Source: an uncultured Chitinophagales bacterium (lineage in GTDB: Bacteria; Bacteroidota; Bacteroidia; Chitinophagales; JABDMM01). Taken from it: a DNA stretch of 51,068 nt. The stretch lies in assembly GCA_963991145.1 (NCBI GenBank), contig CAXDOZ010000003.1, positions 1 through 51,068 of the forward strand, given 5' to 3'. This document shows, piece after piece, positions 29,180 to 40,029 of the stretch; the stretch's first letter is position 1; each line of letters starts with the position of its first letter. Below the pieces are notes generated by a model that saw only the letters and a list, made by a program, of their open reading frames with translations, had not been told where the DNA came from and searched no databases. The translations under genes were made by a program, and so were the position numbers.

Positions 29180-29757
29180 TGCATCCTATCTCCTCTTATT
29201 TCTATTTCATCCATGACTTTCGCTTCATAGTCAAGATACTCCTGCCACCTTTCAAGGACCTGTTCTTTTGGAAAATAAGTAAAAGCCAGATCCAGGAACA
29301 ATCGATAATGTCCTGCTTCAGAATCCATCAACTTTCGATAGAATACTCTTAACTCTTCGTCTTCAAGACCTTTTGATAATAATCGGAAACGCTCACATGA
29401 ACGGGCTTCTATCAATGCAGCTACTAACAGCCTTTCGAGCAGTTGTTTTTCCTTGCCCCCACCCTTTTGCATAAAACTCATAATCGCAGAAACGTATTCA
29501 TCTTTTCTTTGAGCACCTAACTGAAGACCACGCTTTTTAAGAAGGTCTAAAACCATTCTAAAATGTCCCCACTCTTCAGCAACCACTGGAACAAGGGATT
29601 CTACCAGGTCCTCTTTCTCTGGATATCCCTGAATCAATGAGATCCCGGTGCTTGCTGCCTTCTGCTCACAGTAAGCATGGTCGGTTAAGATCTCTTCTAA
29701 GCTTTTCTGTGTCAAATCAACCCACCTTGGGTCTGTTGGAAGTTTCAATCCGTACAT
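29176..29757 (-). CDS. miaE: tRNA-(ms2io6A37) hydroxylase, ferritin-like diiron enzyme
   Basis: [31 protein letters not shown]. Confidence 0.9.
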   Translation of the reverse strand: MYGLKLPTDPRWVDLTQKSLEEILTDHAYCEQKAASTGISLIQGYPEKEDLVESLVPVVAEEWGHFRMVLDLLKKRGLQLGAQRKDEYVSAIMSFMQKGGGKEKQLLERLLVAALIEARSCERFRLLSKGLEDEELRVFYRKLMDSEAGHYRLFLDLAFTYFPKEQVLERWQEYLDYEAKVMDEIEIRGDRMH

Positions 29758-29764
29758 ATGTTCA

Positions 29765-29772
29765 CAAAATTA
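29765..29772 (-). promoter_or_regulatory. -7 element for miaE, implying a near-leaderless transcript
   Basis: Perfect TAATTTTG on the minus strand ending 7 nt before the ATG. Confidence 0.45.
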
Positions 29773-29821
29773 GAAAGCCTTTGAGCTTTTAACACAGCAA
29801 TTTCCTTTAATTTGATATATA

Positions 29822-30916
29822 ATGAAAACCAGGCTCTTAGTCCCCTTTTTGGTTTTCGCATTAACTACTGCGAATAGTCAGATCTGCCACGACTTAAATC
29901 TTGAGGAAAAGCTACTGGCATCTCCTTACCAGGAAAATACTCAGGGGCAGCTTTATCTTCTGGGTGAAACCCATGGTTTTGCAGAAAACTTTGATATCCA
30001 GCTATGGCATATCAAACAATTACATGCCATGGACAGCCTCAGGCAGGTTATTCTGGAGATCCCTGCCGGTTTTGAGTTCTATATAGAGAAATACCTTAAA
30101 GACGGTAAGATCGATGCCTTTAAAGAAATTGTCTTTCAAAAGAGGCAGGGCAGCGTTTTCTCATCTGAAGAATTCATCCAATTCATGCAGGATTTTAGAA
30201 AGTGGAACAAGTCCTTGCCAGCCAATCAGAAAGTAAAGCTTATTCCGGTAGACGCAGAATCCGACCCCTCCACAACTTTGAGAGCCATGCTGCAAATGAT
30301 TCCAAATGGCTCAATCCCAAAAGAGATCAATGTGACCGTAGATATGATGGTACGCTTTAGGAATGACGGGGTGTTTACGAGTGAGAAAATGACCATTCTT
30401 GCAAATCAGCTTGAAGGGAACTTTCTAAGTTTTCAGGGGACTTATTATGAGCTGTTGGGAGACTACTACCCCATGTACTACAGGAGTTTAATGAGCCTCA
30501 TTAACTCTGCATACAGACCTCGAGAAATAGCGATGTACTTCAACATTGTTCAGTATTTCACTAATGCTGAGACTCATGGAAACAGTTTTGGTCAGTTTGG
30601 TGCCCTCCATTGTAGATCTGGGAAAAGTGATAAGACAGGCTATTTTCTAGGCCAAATGCTCAATGCAGAAAAATTGTCTCCTTTTAAGGGAGCGGTTCAC
30701 TCAGGCTTGATCGTATACGCTGGTGAGGAATCTGAGGAAGGGCTGCCAGTAGCTCCGGTCTTACCATTTATACAATCTCAAATTGAGCGATACTGTGAAG
30801 GTGATAACGCATTGATTGACCTCAATGTAAAGAAGCCAGCTTTCGAAGAAGAGGCAAAGCAATTCAATTTCATTCTTCTAGTCGATGGAGTGACTGATAT
30901 TACTCCTCTTGATTAA
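29822..30916 (+). CDS. Secreted protein, EreA/ChaN-like (erythromycin esterase-like) fold candidate
   Basis: Signal peptide (TANS-Q); LYLLGETHG, VILEIP and FGALH motifs. Confidence 0.55.
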   Translation: MKTRLLVPFLVFALTTANSQICHDLNLEEKLLASPYQENTQGQLYLLGETHGFAENFDIQLWHIKQLHAMDSLRQVILEIPAGFEFYIEKYLKDGKIDAFKEIVFQKRQGSVFSSEEFIQFMQDFRKWNKSLPANQKVKLIPVDAESDPSTTLRAMLQMIPNGSIPKEINVTVDMMVRFRNDGVFTSEKMTILANQLEGNFLSFQGTYYELLGDYYPMYYRSLMSLINSAYRPREIAMYFNIVQYFTNAETHGNSFGQFGALHCRSGKSDKTGYFLGQMLNAEKLSPFKGAVHSGLIVYAGEESEEGLPVAPVLPFIQSQIERYCEGDNALIDLNVKKPAFEEEAKQFNFILLVDGVTDITPLD

Positions 30917-30996
30917 TTATTTCTGATACCCTGCATTTAGTAAGTTCGTGTTGATTGATGTTCAAAAAAGTCGCACGAGGTCAAGTTTCTTTTAAA

Positions 30997-32118
30997 ATGC
31001 GGATATTTCTTGTTTTCTGTTTTACGATTGCCTGTCTAATCCTCCTTTGGATCTTAGATGCCAGATCTGAAATGAATGCTGATGGTCCTGAGATTGAAGT
31101 ACCGGCAAATTTTGAGATAACTGTTTGGGCAGATGATGTGCCTAATGCCAGGGCAATGGCGATGGGAGAAGATGGAACAATTTATATAGGGAGTAGGTCT
31201 GCAGGCAATGTATATGCAATTCCAGATGCTAATGGCGATAACAAAGCTGATGAGGTAATCCTAATTGCAGAAAAGTTGAAGCTTCCTGTAGGGGTATCCT
31301 ATCTGGATGGTGATCTATATATATCTGCTGTAAGTAAGATTTATAAGATCTCTTCCATTAAAGAGAATCTCAGAAACGAACCAGAATTGGAGAAAATTAC
31401 TGATGCATTCCCAACTGAAACGCATCACGGCTGGAAGTTTATAGATGTTGGTCCGGATGGAAAACTTTACGTCCCGGTTGGAGCGCCTTGTAACATCTGT
31501 GAAGAAGATCCTGATCAGTATGCCAACATTATGAGAATGGATCTGGATGGTTCTAATTTGGAGACCTATGCCAGAGGTGTGAGGAATACTGTCGGTTTTG
31601 ATTGGCATCCAGAAACCGGAGAATTATGGTTTACAGATAATGGAAGAGACTGGATGGGCGATGACCTTCCTCCTTGTGAGTTGAATCATGCCCCAAATCC
31701 CGACATGCATTTTGGATATCCATATTGCCATGGCACCGATATTCCAGACCCAGAGTTTGGAGAGGGAAAAAATTGCGAAGATTACATCCCACCAAAATTC
31801 AACTTTGGAGCACATACAGCTCCTTTGGGTATTTGCTTTTATGATGGCGATCAATTTCCTGATCGCTATACGAATGACATCTTTGTTGCACTGCATGGAT
31901 CATGGAATAGGTCAACTAAAGTTGGTTATAAGGTTTTGCATCTGGACTTAGATGAAAACGGGAATGTACTTGGTTCGAAAGATTTTCTGATTGGAATGGA
32001 AGTTCGTGGTGAAGTTATCGGGAGGCCTGTTGATGTATTAGTTTATAAGGATGGAAGCTTATTGGTTTCCGATGATCATGCTGGAAAGATCTATCAGATA
32101 AAGTATACAGGACAATGA
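30997..32118 (+). CDS. PQQ-dependent sugar/sorbosone dehydrogenase family protein
   Basis: NARAMA, HHGWK, VGAPCNIC, RNTVGFDW, DNGRD, HGSWNR, GRPVDV; start 30997 gives a signal peptide (track start 30955). Confidence 0.88.
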   Translation: MRIFLVFCFTIACLILLWILDARSEMNADGPEIEVPANFEITVWADDVPNARAMAMGEDGTIYIGSRSAGNVYAIPDANGDNKADEVILIAEKLKLPVGVSYLDGDLYISAVSKIYKISSIKENLRNEPELEKITDAFPTETHHGWKFIDVGPDGKLYVPVGAPCNICEEDPDQYANIMRMDLDGSNLETYARGVRNTVGFDWHPETGELWFTDNGRDWMGDDLPPCELNHAPNPDMHFGYPYCHGTDIPDPEFGEGKNCEDYIPPKFNFGAHTAPLGICFYDGDQFPDRYTNDIFVALHGSWNRSTKVGYKVLHLDLDENGNVLGSKDFLIGMEVRGEVIGRPVDVLVYKDGSLLVSDDHAGKIYQIKYTGQ

Positions 32119-32621
32119 GTTACCTAAAAGAACAGAAAGAGAAAGTCAATATTGATTCTAGCTGCTTCATTGCAGAGGGAGCCAGATTGATTGGAAATGT
32201 GAGCCTGGAGAAGAACTCCTCAGTTTGGTACAATGCTGTCCTTCGGGCAGATTACGATCAGATCACCATTGGTGAAGGAAGTAATGTTCAGGATTGCGCG
32301 GTGATACATATAGATGAAGGTGTACCATGCCGCATTGGAAAGAATTGCACGATAGGTCATCAGGCGATGGTACATGGCTGTGAAGTAGGCGATGGTTCTT
32401 TAATAGGAATAGGTGCTATTGTACTTAACCATGTCAAAATTGGAAAGTCCTGCTTAATCGGCGCGAATGCGCTGGTAACTGAAGGAACAGTTATTCCAGA
32501 TGGTTCTCTTGTTCTGGGCTCTCCTGCAAAAGTCATTAGAGCCCTTCGGGCAGATGAGATCGAAGGAATCCAAAATGGAGTTAGAATCTATCAGGAGCAG
32601 GCAAAAAAATACTTAGACTAG
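32115..32621 (+). CDS. Gamma carbonic anhydrase family protein
   Basis: Hexapeptide repeats; VLRAD, SNVQD..IH, IGH..VHG. Confidence 0.9.
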   Translation: MSYLKEQKEKVNIDSSCFIAEGARLIGNVSLEKNSSVWYNAVLRADYDQITIGEGSNVQDCAVIHIDEGVPCRIGKNCTIGHQAMVHGCEVGDGSLIGIGAIVLNHVKIGKSCLIGANALVTEGTVIPDGSLVLGSPAKVIRALRADEIEGIQNGVRIYQEQAKKYLD

Positions 32622-32624
32622 AAA

Positions 32625-33605
32625 TTGAAGCGCGTTCTATTCATACGATTCAGTTCAATTGGAGATATCGTCCTGTGTTCTGCGGCTACCAGATGCTTTA
32701 AGTCTCAATATCCAGAATTAGAGCTCCACTTTCTAACAAAACCAGTCTTCTCTGAGCTTTGCTCTACCCTTCCCGGGGTTGATCATGTGCACGATTTAGA
32801 TGATTCAATATCTGCTACTATCAAAAAGATGAAGAGTCTTGATTTTGATCTGGTAGTTGACCTCCATAATAATATCAGGAGTAAAAGAGTAAGCTCAGCA
32901 CTCAAGAAAAAAACCCTTCGGGTTGATAAGAGGAATATTGATAAGTGGCTAATGGTCCAATTTAAAGCCAAAAAGGAAATACCCCATATCGCTTTGAGAT
33001 ATATCCAAACAATGGAAAGTATTGGTGTTGGATATGACGATCTTGGTCTTGAGCTGGACATCCCTGCAAGGACAGAAAAAGAGGTTTCCGACACCAGGAC
33101 ACTTGCTGTAGCGGTTGGTGCAAAGTTTGGGACTAAAAAGATCCCTGCTTCAATGCTGAAAGAGATTGTAAGATGGTTTCAGGGTGATGTAATACTGCTT
33201 GGAGGAAAAGAAGATATAAAGACAGCTGAATCTCTTTTAGTCCCAGGTCGGAACTTTAGGACTGAAAACTTATGCGGCAAACTAAGTATAGTTGAATCTG
33301 CTCAGGCACTTCAATCAGCAGATGTTTTACTAAGTGGCGATACCGGACTAATGCATATTGGCGCAGCATTTAAAATTCCGATAGTAAGTGTTTGGGGCAA
33401 TACCGTACCTGAGTTTGGAATGTTTCCTTTTTTTCGAAAAGATGAAAATTTTAAATGGTCGGCTTTGCAGGCAAAGAAATTAGATTGCAGACCTTGCTCA
33501 AAGATTGGATTTGACCAATGTCCGAAGGGACATTTTAATTGCATGGTCTCCATAAATCCCGAAACTATTAAGGAAGCAATCGTAGAAAAGCTTCAATTCA
33601 CCTGA
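32625..33605 (+). CDS. Glycosyltransferase family 9 (heptosyltransferase-like)
   Basis: IRFSSIGDIV, DLH, GDTGLMHIGAA, CRPCSK..CP..C; TTG start. Confidence 0.9.
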   Translation: MKRVLFIRFSSIGDIVLCSAATRCFKSQYPELELHFLTKPVFSELCSTLPGVDHVHDLDDSISATIKKMKSLDFDLVVDLHNNIRSKRVSSALKKKTLRVDKRNIDKWLMVQFKAKKEIPHIALRYIQTMESIGVGYDDLGLELDIPARTEKEVSDTRTLAVAVGAKFGTKKIPASMLKEIVRWFQGDVILLGGKEDIKTAESLLVPGRNFRTENLCGKLSIVESAQALQSADVLLSGDTGLMHIGAAFKIPIVSVWGNTVPEFGMFPFFRKDENFKWSALQAKKLDCRPCSKIGFDQCPKGHFNCMVSINPETIKEAIVEKLQFT

Positions 33606-33710
33606 CTCCAATTTTTATCTAAAAAGCTGATGCTGAGCGATTATAAAGCATACATCAGTCACTCCTCAGTCCTTTGGCAATCGAAAAATTTAAAATTTAG
33701 TGTGGGTAGC

Positions 33711-33740
33711 GCAACCAAATTGTCATTTTACTCTATCTAT
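33711..33740 (+). promoter_or_regulatory. Putative ECF-sigma promoter GCAACC-N18-ATCTAT
   Basis: Intergenic, oriented toward the T9SS cargo-porP-porE operon. Confidence 0.4.
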
Positions 33741-33926
33741 ACTATCGTATAAGGTCATTACCTGAAATCTGTCTTGTCGAATGTGGTGATTTGGTGGAAA
33801 ACTGTTAGTTAAAACTCAATTCACCTGCTTTTAGACCTTCAGATGATTGTAATACCTCTTTTAAAATCATTATTTTAGTTCGTTCGAGAACAATTGAAAA
33901 CCCTTTTCTAACATATAACCAATTCT

Positions 33927-36900
33927 ATGAGGAGAATATTTACGCTCGCATTACTCTTCACCGGCATATTAACCTTCCTGACTACCAAGCAACTAAAGGC
34001 TTCGCACATTGCAGGTATGGATTTAACGTATCAATGTTTGGGTACAAACAACCCGAATGGGCCGGATACCATGTTATTCTTCCTGAATATCTATCGTGAC
34101 TGTAGCGGTATTACAGTTTCACAATTTCAGAATCTGGTTATTTCATCCCCTACTTGTGGAATCCAGCAGACATTACAGCTGAATTTTGACTCAGTAACTG
34201 AAGTAACTCCTATTTGTAATACAGGTGTTATAAGTACTTGTAATGGGGGTAATGTTCCTGGGGTTCAGCAGTATGCCTTCAGTTTGCAGGTTGTGCTACC
34301 ACGTTGTCCGGATTGGACGATAAGTTGGAGCACTTGTTGTCGTAACCCGGCAATCACCAACCTTCAAAACCCTGGTGGTCAAGGATCATATATTCAAACA
34401 ACTTTAAACAACCAGGCTTTCCCTTGTAATAGCTCACCGAGATTTACAACTCTTCCTGTACCATATATATGTATTAATACTCCGATTAACTACAACCACG
34501 GTACTATTGACTTGGATGGTGATTCACTTGTTTATTGCCCAATTGACCCTCAAAGTGCAGCAAACACTAACATTCCTCACGTTCCTCCATTCTCTGCATC
34601 TCAGCCTTTGACTGGTACTTATTCTGTGGATTCTACGAATGGTCAGATTTTTATTAATGCTACAGCCCTTCAGGTAATCACAATTGCGATCCTTGTTAAA
34701 GAATACCGAAATGGAGTGCTTGTCGGTACTGTTAGACGTGATATTCAGTTTAGGGTAATTGCCAATATTAATGGGGTACCGTGTAACACTGCCATCCCAC
34801 CTATTACCCTGGACACTGTGATTGGTGCCGTGCAGGTTGATTCGGTCACAGTAGAAGCCTGTCCGGGAACACCTATGTCTTTAGTGGTAAGTGCCAATAG
34901 CTTATTTGGTGATACCCTTACAATGACATCCAATGCTACTATCGCATTCCCAGGTTCATCCTTTAATACTGTTGGAACCGATTCGGTAACGGGTACATTC
35001 AACTGGGTTCCTACAAATGCAAATGTGGGACGTAATACCTTGCTGATATTTGTAAAATTCTGTTCTCCATCTGGTCTTGAATTCCAGCAGATCTATCCTA
35101 TTACAATTATTGTTTTAGAAGGAACAGACGCTGGGCCCGACATAATTTATTGTGCCGGAGGTGGTCCCAGGACAATTAATGTAGCCGGCGGTACTCAGTT
35201 TAGTTGGAGTCCTACTACTGGAATTATTTCAGCTTCACCGGATTCATCCACTGTTCAGGTTCTCCCACCAATACCTGTAGGAGATTCAATTACTTACATT
35301 GTAACAAGTGATCTCGATACAAACTTCTGTCGATACAGAGATACAGTTACAGTATATCACAGGTTAGACTTCACATGGACAGTTGGTGCGCAACCAGATA
35401 CAATTTGTGCTTTTGGGTCTACAGTTCTGTTTGCACTTCCAGATGCGAACTTTGGTCCATATGTATACGCTTGGGCTCCAAATTCAGCTCTTACGGATGA
35501 TAGTATCCCGAATCCTGGAGCAAGACCGCTTCAAACTACTGATTATCAGATAACAATGACATCTAACACAGGATGTACCACAAAAGATACTGTTCGAGTA
35601 AACGTTGATGGGATTGCACCTAAGATCAATTTGACTTCAGATAAGAATGATGTTTGCCCAGGGGATACCGTTCAGATATTTACCCAGGTAAGTGCTGTTC
35701 CTTGTGGGTTGAGCACGCAATTCCTTCCTGGCTGTAGCTTTGTTTCTGGAGTAATTGGAAATCAACCTACAAATACAAACATCGTCACCCCTTACCGCGG
35801 CCAGTTCAGATACCATAGAATGCAGATCATCTACAGAGCTTCTGAGCTCCAGGCTGCTGGTATGACTTCTGGAAGTATTTTCGCATTGACCTTTGACGTA
35901 CTTGCTGCACCTGGTGGTGTTAATAGTACTCAGTACAATGACTTCACCATCAGAATGGGTTGTACTGAATTAACTGAACTTTCAGGTTTTGAAGGAGGTT
36001 TGACAACGGTTCTACCTGCATCTACCTACACTGTAGTTCCAGGTCAAAACACACATAACTTACCAACTTCATTTGATTGGGACGGAAGATCAAACCTTAT
36101 TGTAGAGGTATGTTATTCAGCTGCATCTAACTCAGGATCTGATTTTGTAAACTATACACCTGCATTTAATGGAGCTGTTGCTTACCAGAGTACAGGTTTT
36201 GGATCTACTCCAGGTTGTTTGCTGAACACTTTTGTAACTCTTTCTGATCTCAGACCAAATACTACGTTTGTTACTTGTAATGCAGCAACAACAAACCTTA
36301 CTTATACCTGGACTCCTACTGTTAATCTTGATGATCCTGCTATTGCTGAGCCATCTGCATTAGTTAATCAGGATATCACTTATCAACTTGTTGTAGATGA
36401 TGGTAACTGTACAGGTGATACTACTATCGAACTAAGAGTTGATAGCTCATACTATGTTTCTACAAACCCAGACACTGGAGTTTGTGCAGGTGATACAGTT
36501 CAGCTTTACACTAACTTAATTGGAGACCTTCCTCCTGCAGTTCTTGCTTGTGGTTCTAATCCGAATGGTTGTGGCTCATTTAACTTCCAAATTGGAGATG
36601 TAGGTACTGCAACAACTACAGTGACAGTTCCTAACCCATTCTATGCAACATGGGAGGATCAAAGAGTTCAATACTTATATCTGGCTTCGGAATTACAAGC
36701 TCTTGGTTTTGGCCCAGGTAGTATAACGGATATCGCCCTTGATGTGGCTACCATTTCTGGTACTGATGCCGGAGACTTTGAAGTTAAGATCGGATGTACA
36801 AATGCCAACCAATTAACCGCTTGGCAAACAGGACTTACCAGTGTTTACACCGTAAGTAACTGGATACCGATTGTTGGTTTCAACACATTCAACTTCAACC

Positions 36901-38927
36901 AGGTCTATGACTGGGATGGAGTATCAAATGTTGTTGTTGAATTCTGCTACAACAAGCCTGATTGGGGTGGAACAGCAAGTATTAGATATACAACAGGTCC
37001 ACTAAATTCTGTGTACTATGAGTACCAGGATGGAGCTACTCAAATCTGTAACATTCCTAACCCGGTTAACGGAAACCGTCAGGATAATCGAAGAGCAAAC
37101 ACAAGATTCATTATTTGTGATGCTCCACCTGCAACAGTTAGCTATGAGTGGTTCCCTAAGGTTGCAATTGATAGTCCATTCTCTGCAAACCCTCAGGTTT
37201 ACCCAAGCACAGGCACACAATATATTGTTGCAGCCTCTTTCGTAAACGGATGTACTCGATACGATACTGTAAATGTTAACATTGGAGGTTTCAACTATAC
37301 ATTAGCAGCAAATCCAGATACTATTTGTGTTGGTGATACATCAATTCTAACTATTACTGGAGGTGACTTCTATCACTGGACACCACTAGCAAGCGTTACA
37401 GATCCAACATCAGCTACCACCGGAGCCTTCCCTACTTCTACTACTACTTATTCTGTAATAGCTACAGACTCTGCAGGTTGTAGAATCCAGGATACTATTG
37501 CAGTAGCTGTTGATCAACAGTTCTCTCCTAGTATTGGAAATGATACTACTGTTTGTCCAAGTGCAGCGGTAACTCTTGATGCTGGTCCAGGATATGCTTC
37601 CTATTTCTGGAACGCTCCTGGTAACCCAACTACTCAAATAATTACGGTTACAGACCCAGGTCAATACAGTGTTATTGTCAATAATGGAATTTGTGATTAC
37701 TTATCAAACACAGTTACTGTATCAAACTTTGGAATTGCTCAACTACCGCTTAATGATGAGATCCTTTGTGATGGTCAAACAACTACTTTGACTGCACCAG
37801 CAGGATATAGCAGTTACTTATGGTCAACTGGAGCTACAACTCAAAGCATCATCGTTTCAAGTAACCCAACTAACCCTTACTACTATCAGGTAGTTGATCA
37901 GAACTCTTGTAATGCCTTCTCAGATACAATCATCGTATCAGTGGGTCAAACTCCTGTTCTGGTTCTTGGAAACGATACCACGATTTGTAACGGCGCCTCA
38001 GTTACAGTAACAGCGGGTCCTTCTACAGGTATCAACTACGTATGGTCTGATGGTCAAACTGGGCCAACAGCTACATTCAGCACAAGTGGAATCTTCACTG
38101 TTCTTGCTGACAATAATGGATGCGAGGCTAGAGATTCTATTCAGGTTGGTATTAGTAATGGTCCAGCTATCAATATCGGTCCAGACGAGATCAACATCTG
38201 TTGCGATCAAAGTGTAGTTCTTTCACCAGGTCCTGCTGCTTCTTACTCATGGCAAGATGGTTCTAGAGCTTCAACAATCATAGTTAACAAGAACTCAGGT
38301 AGTGGAATGTATACTGTTGCTGCTACAGATGCTCTTGGTTGTGTATCAAACGATACGACTTACATCACAATCAACTGTTTAGATCCAATTGCTACTTACA
38401 CTCCTGAGCCATTACCACAGGGTGATACAGCTCAATTAGCAGTAAGTAGTGCCGCTACTCAGCCTGTTTATAGTTGGACTCCTACTACGGGATTAAATGA
38501 TCCAACTAATGCAAGACCATTAGCTGCAATTGATTCTACTACAACATATGTTGTTGGAGTTACCGACCAAGGATTCATTAATTCAAATGGAGATTACTGT
38601 ACTGAGTATGATACAATCACTGTAATTGTAATTCCTCCTACAGGATACAATTCTGCGAATGCATTCACCCCGAATGGTGATGGGTTGAATGATGATTTCT
38701 ACCCACTACTTAGTGGAGAAACAACTGTACAGTCATTCAAGATTTATGATCGCTGGGGTCAACTACTCCACAATGATCCAAACAATCCATGGGATGGAAC
38801 CACAGGAGGACAAGCTCAGCCATCTGGCACTTATGTCTTCTATATGGAATTATTGGTAAATGATCCAACACAGATTGATGTTAAGATCGTTCAGCCAAGT
38901 ACTGGAACCGTTGAACTAATTAGATAA
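33927..38927 (+). CDS. Large T9SS cargo with type B (gliding motility-associated) C-terminal domain
   Basis: Signal peptide then ASHIAGMDLTYQCLG..YRDC; many CxGxxVxL..YxW Ig-like repeats; C-terminal NAFTPNGDGLNDDF..IYDRWG..WDG..GTYVF..LIR. Confidence 0.93.
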   Translation: MRRIFTLALLFTGILTFLTTKQLKASHIAGMDLTYQCLGTNNPNGPDTMLFFLNIYRDCSGITVSQFQNLVISSPTCGIQQTLQLNFDSVTEVTPICNTGVISTCNGGNVPGVQQYAFSLQVVLPRCPDWTISWSTCCRNPAITNLQNPGGQGSYIQTTLNNQAFPCNSSPRFTTLPVPYICINTPINYNHGTIDLDGDSLVYCPIDPQSAANTNIPHVPPFSASQPLTGTYSVDSTNGQIFINATALQVITIAILVKEYRNGVLVGTVRRDIQFRVIANINGVPCNTAIPPITLDTVIGAVQVDSVTVEACPGTPMSLVVSANSLFGDTLTMTSNATIAFPGSSFNTVGTDSVTGTFNWVPTNANVGRNTLLIFVKFCSPSGLEFQQIYPITIIVLEGTDAGPDIIYCAGGGPRTINVAGGTQFSWSPTTGIISASPDSSTVQVLPPIPVGDSITYIVTSDLDTNFCRYRDTVTVYHRLDFTWTVGAQPDTICAFGSTVLFALPDANFGPYVYAWAPNSALTDDSIPNPGARPLQTTDYQITMTSNTGCTTKDTVRVNVDGIAPKINLTSDKNDVCPGDTVQIFTQVSAVPCGLSTQFLPGCSFVSGVIGNQPTNTNIVTPYRGQFRYHRMQIIYRASELQAAGMTSGSIFALTFDVLAAPGGVNSTQYNDFTIRMGCTELTELSGFEGGLTTVLPASTYTVVPGQNTHNLPTSFDWDGRSNLIVEVCYSAASNSGSDFVNYTPAFNGAVAYQSTGFGSTPGCLLNTFVTLSDLRPNTTFVTCNAATTNLTYTWTPTVNLDDPAIAEPSALVNQDITYQLVVDDGNCTGDTTIELRVDSSYYVSTNPDTGVCAGDTVQLYTNLIGDLPPAVLACGSNPNGCGSFNFQIGDVGTATTTVTVPNPFYATWEDQRVQYLYLASELQALGFGPGSITDIALDVATISGTDAGDFEVKIGCTNANQLTAWQTGLTSVYTVSNWIPIVGFNTFNFNQVYDWDGVSNVVVEFCYNKPDWGGTASIRYTTGPLNSVYYEYQDGATQICNIPNPVNGNRQDNRRANTRFIICDAPPATVSYEWFPKVAIDSPFSANPQVYPSTGTQYIVAASFVNGCTRYDTVNVNIGGFNYTLAANPDTICVGDTSILTITGGDFYHWTPLASVTDPTSATTGAFPTSTTTYSVIATDSAGCRIQDTIAVAVDQQFSPSIGNDTTVCPSAAVTLDAGPGYASYFWNAPGNPTTQIITVTDPGQYSVIVNNGICDYLSNTVTVSNFGIAQLPLNDEILCDGQTTTLTAPAGYSSYLWSTGATTQSIIVSSNPTNPYYYQVVDQNSCNAFSDTIIVSVGQTPVLVLGNDTTICNGASVTVTAGPSTGINYVWSDGQTGPTATFSTSGIFTVLADNNGCEARDSIQVGISNGPAINIGPDEINICCDQSVVLSPGPAASYSWQDGSRASTIIVNKNSGSGMYTVAATDALGCVSNDTTYITINCLDPIATYTPEPLPQGDTAQLAVSSAATQPVYSWTPTTGLNDPTNARPLAAIDSTTTYVVGVTDQGFINSNGDYCTEYDTITVIVIPPTGYNSANAFTPNGDGLNDDFYPLLSGETTVQSFKIYDRWGQLLHNDPNNPWDGTTGGQAQPSGTYVFYMELLVNDPTQIDVKIVQPSTGTVELIR

Positions 38928-38946
38928 ACCTAAACCCCTATATAAA

Positions 38947-40029
38947 ATGCGCTTTTTATCACGTTGCTCATTAATTGCAGTTTTGCTGATCGTAGCATCA
39001 AGCATATCTGCTATCGGACAGGATTTACACTTTAGTCAGTATTACGCCTCTCCTCTTACATTAAACCCGGCTTTAACAGGTCGCTTTGATGGAGAGTATA
39101 GGGTAACTGCAATCTATCGTAACCAGTGGAGTCAGGTTAACAGACCTCTTTGGAGTACTCCATCTGCATCAGTAGACTTCTCTCTTTTTAAGGAAAAGTT
39201 GAAAAAGGATGCCTTCGGACTTGGATTAGTCTTTGTCAATGACCAGGCTAATAGTGCTCGATTCAATACCTATAAAATAGCAGCCAACTTCGCTTACCAC
39301 AAGGGTTTTGGTAAAAACGGTAAGACACAGGCTTCACTGGGTATTGGTGTTTCTTGGACTCAGAAAAACTTCGATTTCAACGACCTGAGATTTGAAGATG
39401 GCTTTGATCCATTTGACATCACCTCTTATGGCACTAGCGCTGAGCAATTAGCTGGAGATAACAATTCATACATTGATGTTAATGCTGGATTGCTTATTAA
39501 TAGCCAGATCACTGAATCAACTGTTATCTATGGGGGTTATTCTCTATTCCATTTAACTACACCAAACGAAGTGTTCTTAACACTGCAAGGTGGTGGGACA
39601 ACTACAGACAACAACATTCCAATGCGTCATGTGATTCATATGGGTGCAGAGATTGACCTATCTGATAAGTTTACTCTTATCCCTGGATTGTTAGGTCAAT
39701 TCATGGCTAAATCAAAAGAGATCAATTTTGGATTAACTGCAGGATACCATTTCCTTGAAAAGTCTGATAATGAAAATGCTACTCCAAAAAGAGTTGCGAG
39801 TATTTATGGAGGACTATGGCATAGATGGGGTCGCTCTGTTATCCTAAAAGCGGGTCTAGATTGGAAGAGTTTCCGTCTTGGAGTAGCTTATGATGTGAAC
39901 GTAAGTAGCTTAAAAGACATCAAAAACACTGGAGCAAATCATCCAACTGCATTTGAAATTTCACTTGCTTACATTGGACGAATTACTCCTCCAAAAGATC
40001 GAGTATATCTGTTTAACCCAAGATTCTAG
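38947..40029 (+). CDS. PorP/SprF family T9SS outer-membrane beta-barrel
   Basis: QDLHFSQYYASPLTLNPALTG, YRNQW, AYDVN, AFEISL; directly follows the type-B cargo gene. Confidence 0.93.
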   Translation: MRFLSRCSLIAVLLIVASSISAIGQDLHFSQYYASPLTLNPALTGRFDGEYRVTAIYRNQWSQVNRPLWSTPSASVDFSLFKEKLKKDAFGLGLVFVNDQANSARFNTYKIAANFAYHKGFGKNGKTQASLGIGVSWTQKNFDFNDLRFEDGFDPFDITSYGTSAEQLAGDNNSYIDVNAGLLINSQITESTVIYGGYSLFHLTTPNEVFLTLQGGGTTTDNNIPMRHVIHMGAEIDLSDKFTLIPGLLGQFMAKSKEINFGLTAGYHFLEKSDNENATPKRVASIYGGLWHRWGRSVILKAGLDWKSFRLGVAYDVNVSSLKDIKNTGANHPTAFEISLAYIGRITPPKDRVYLFNPRF

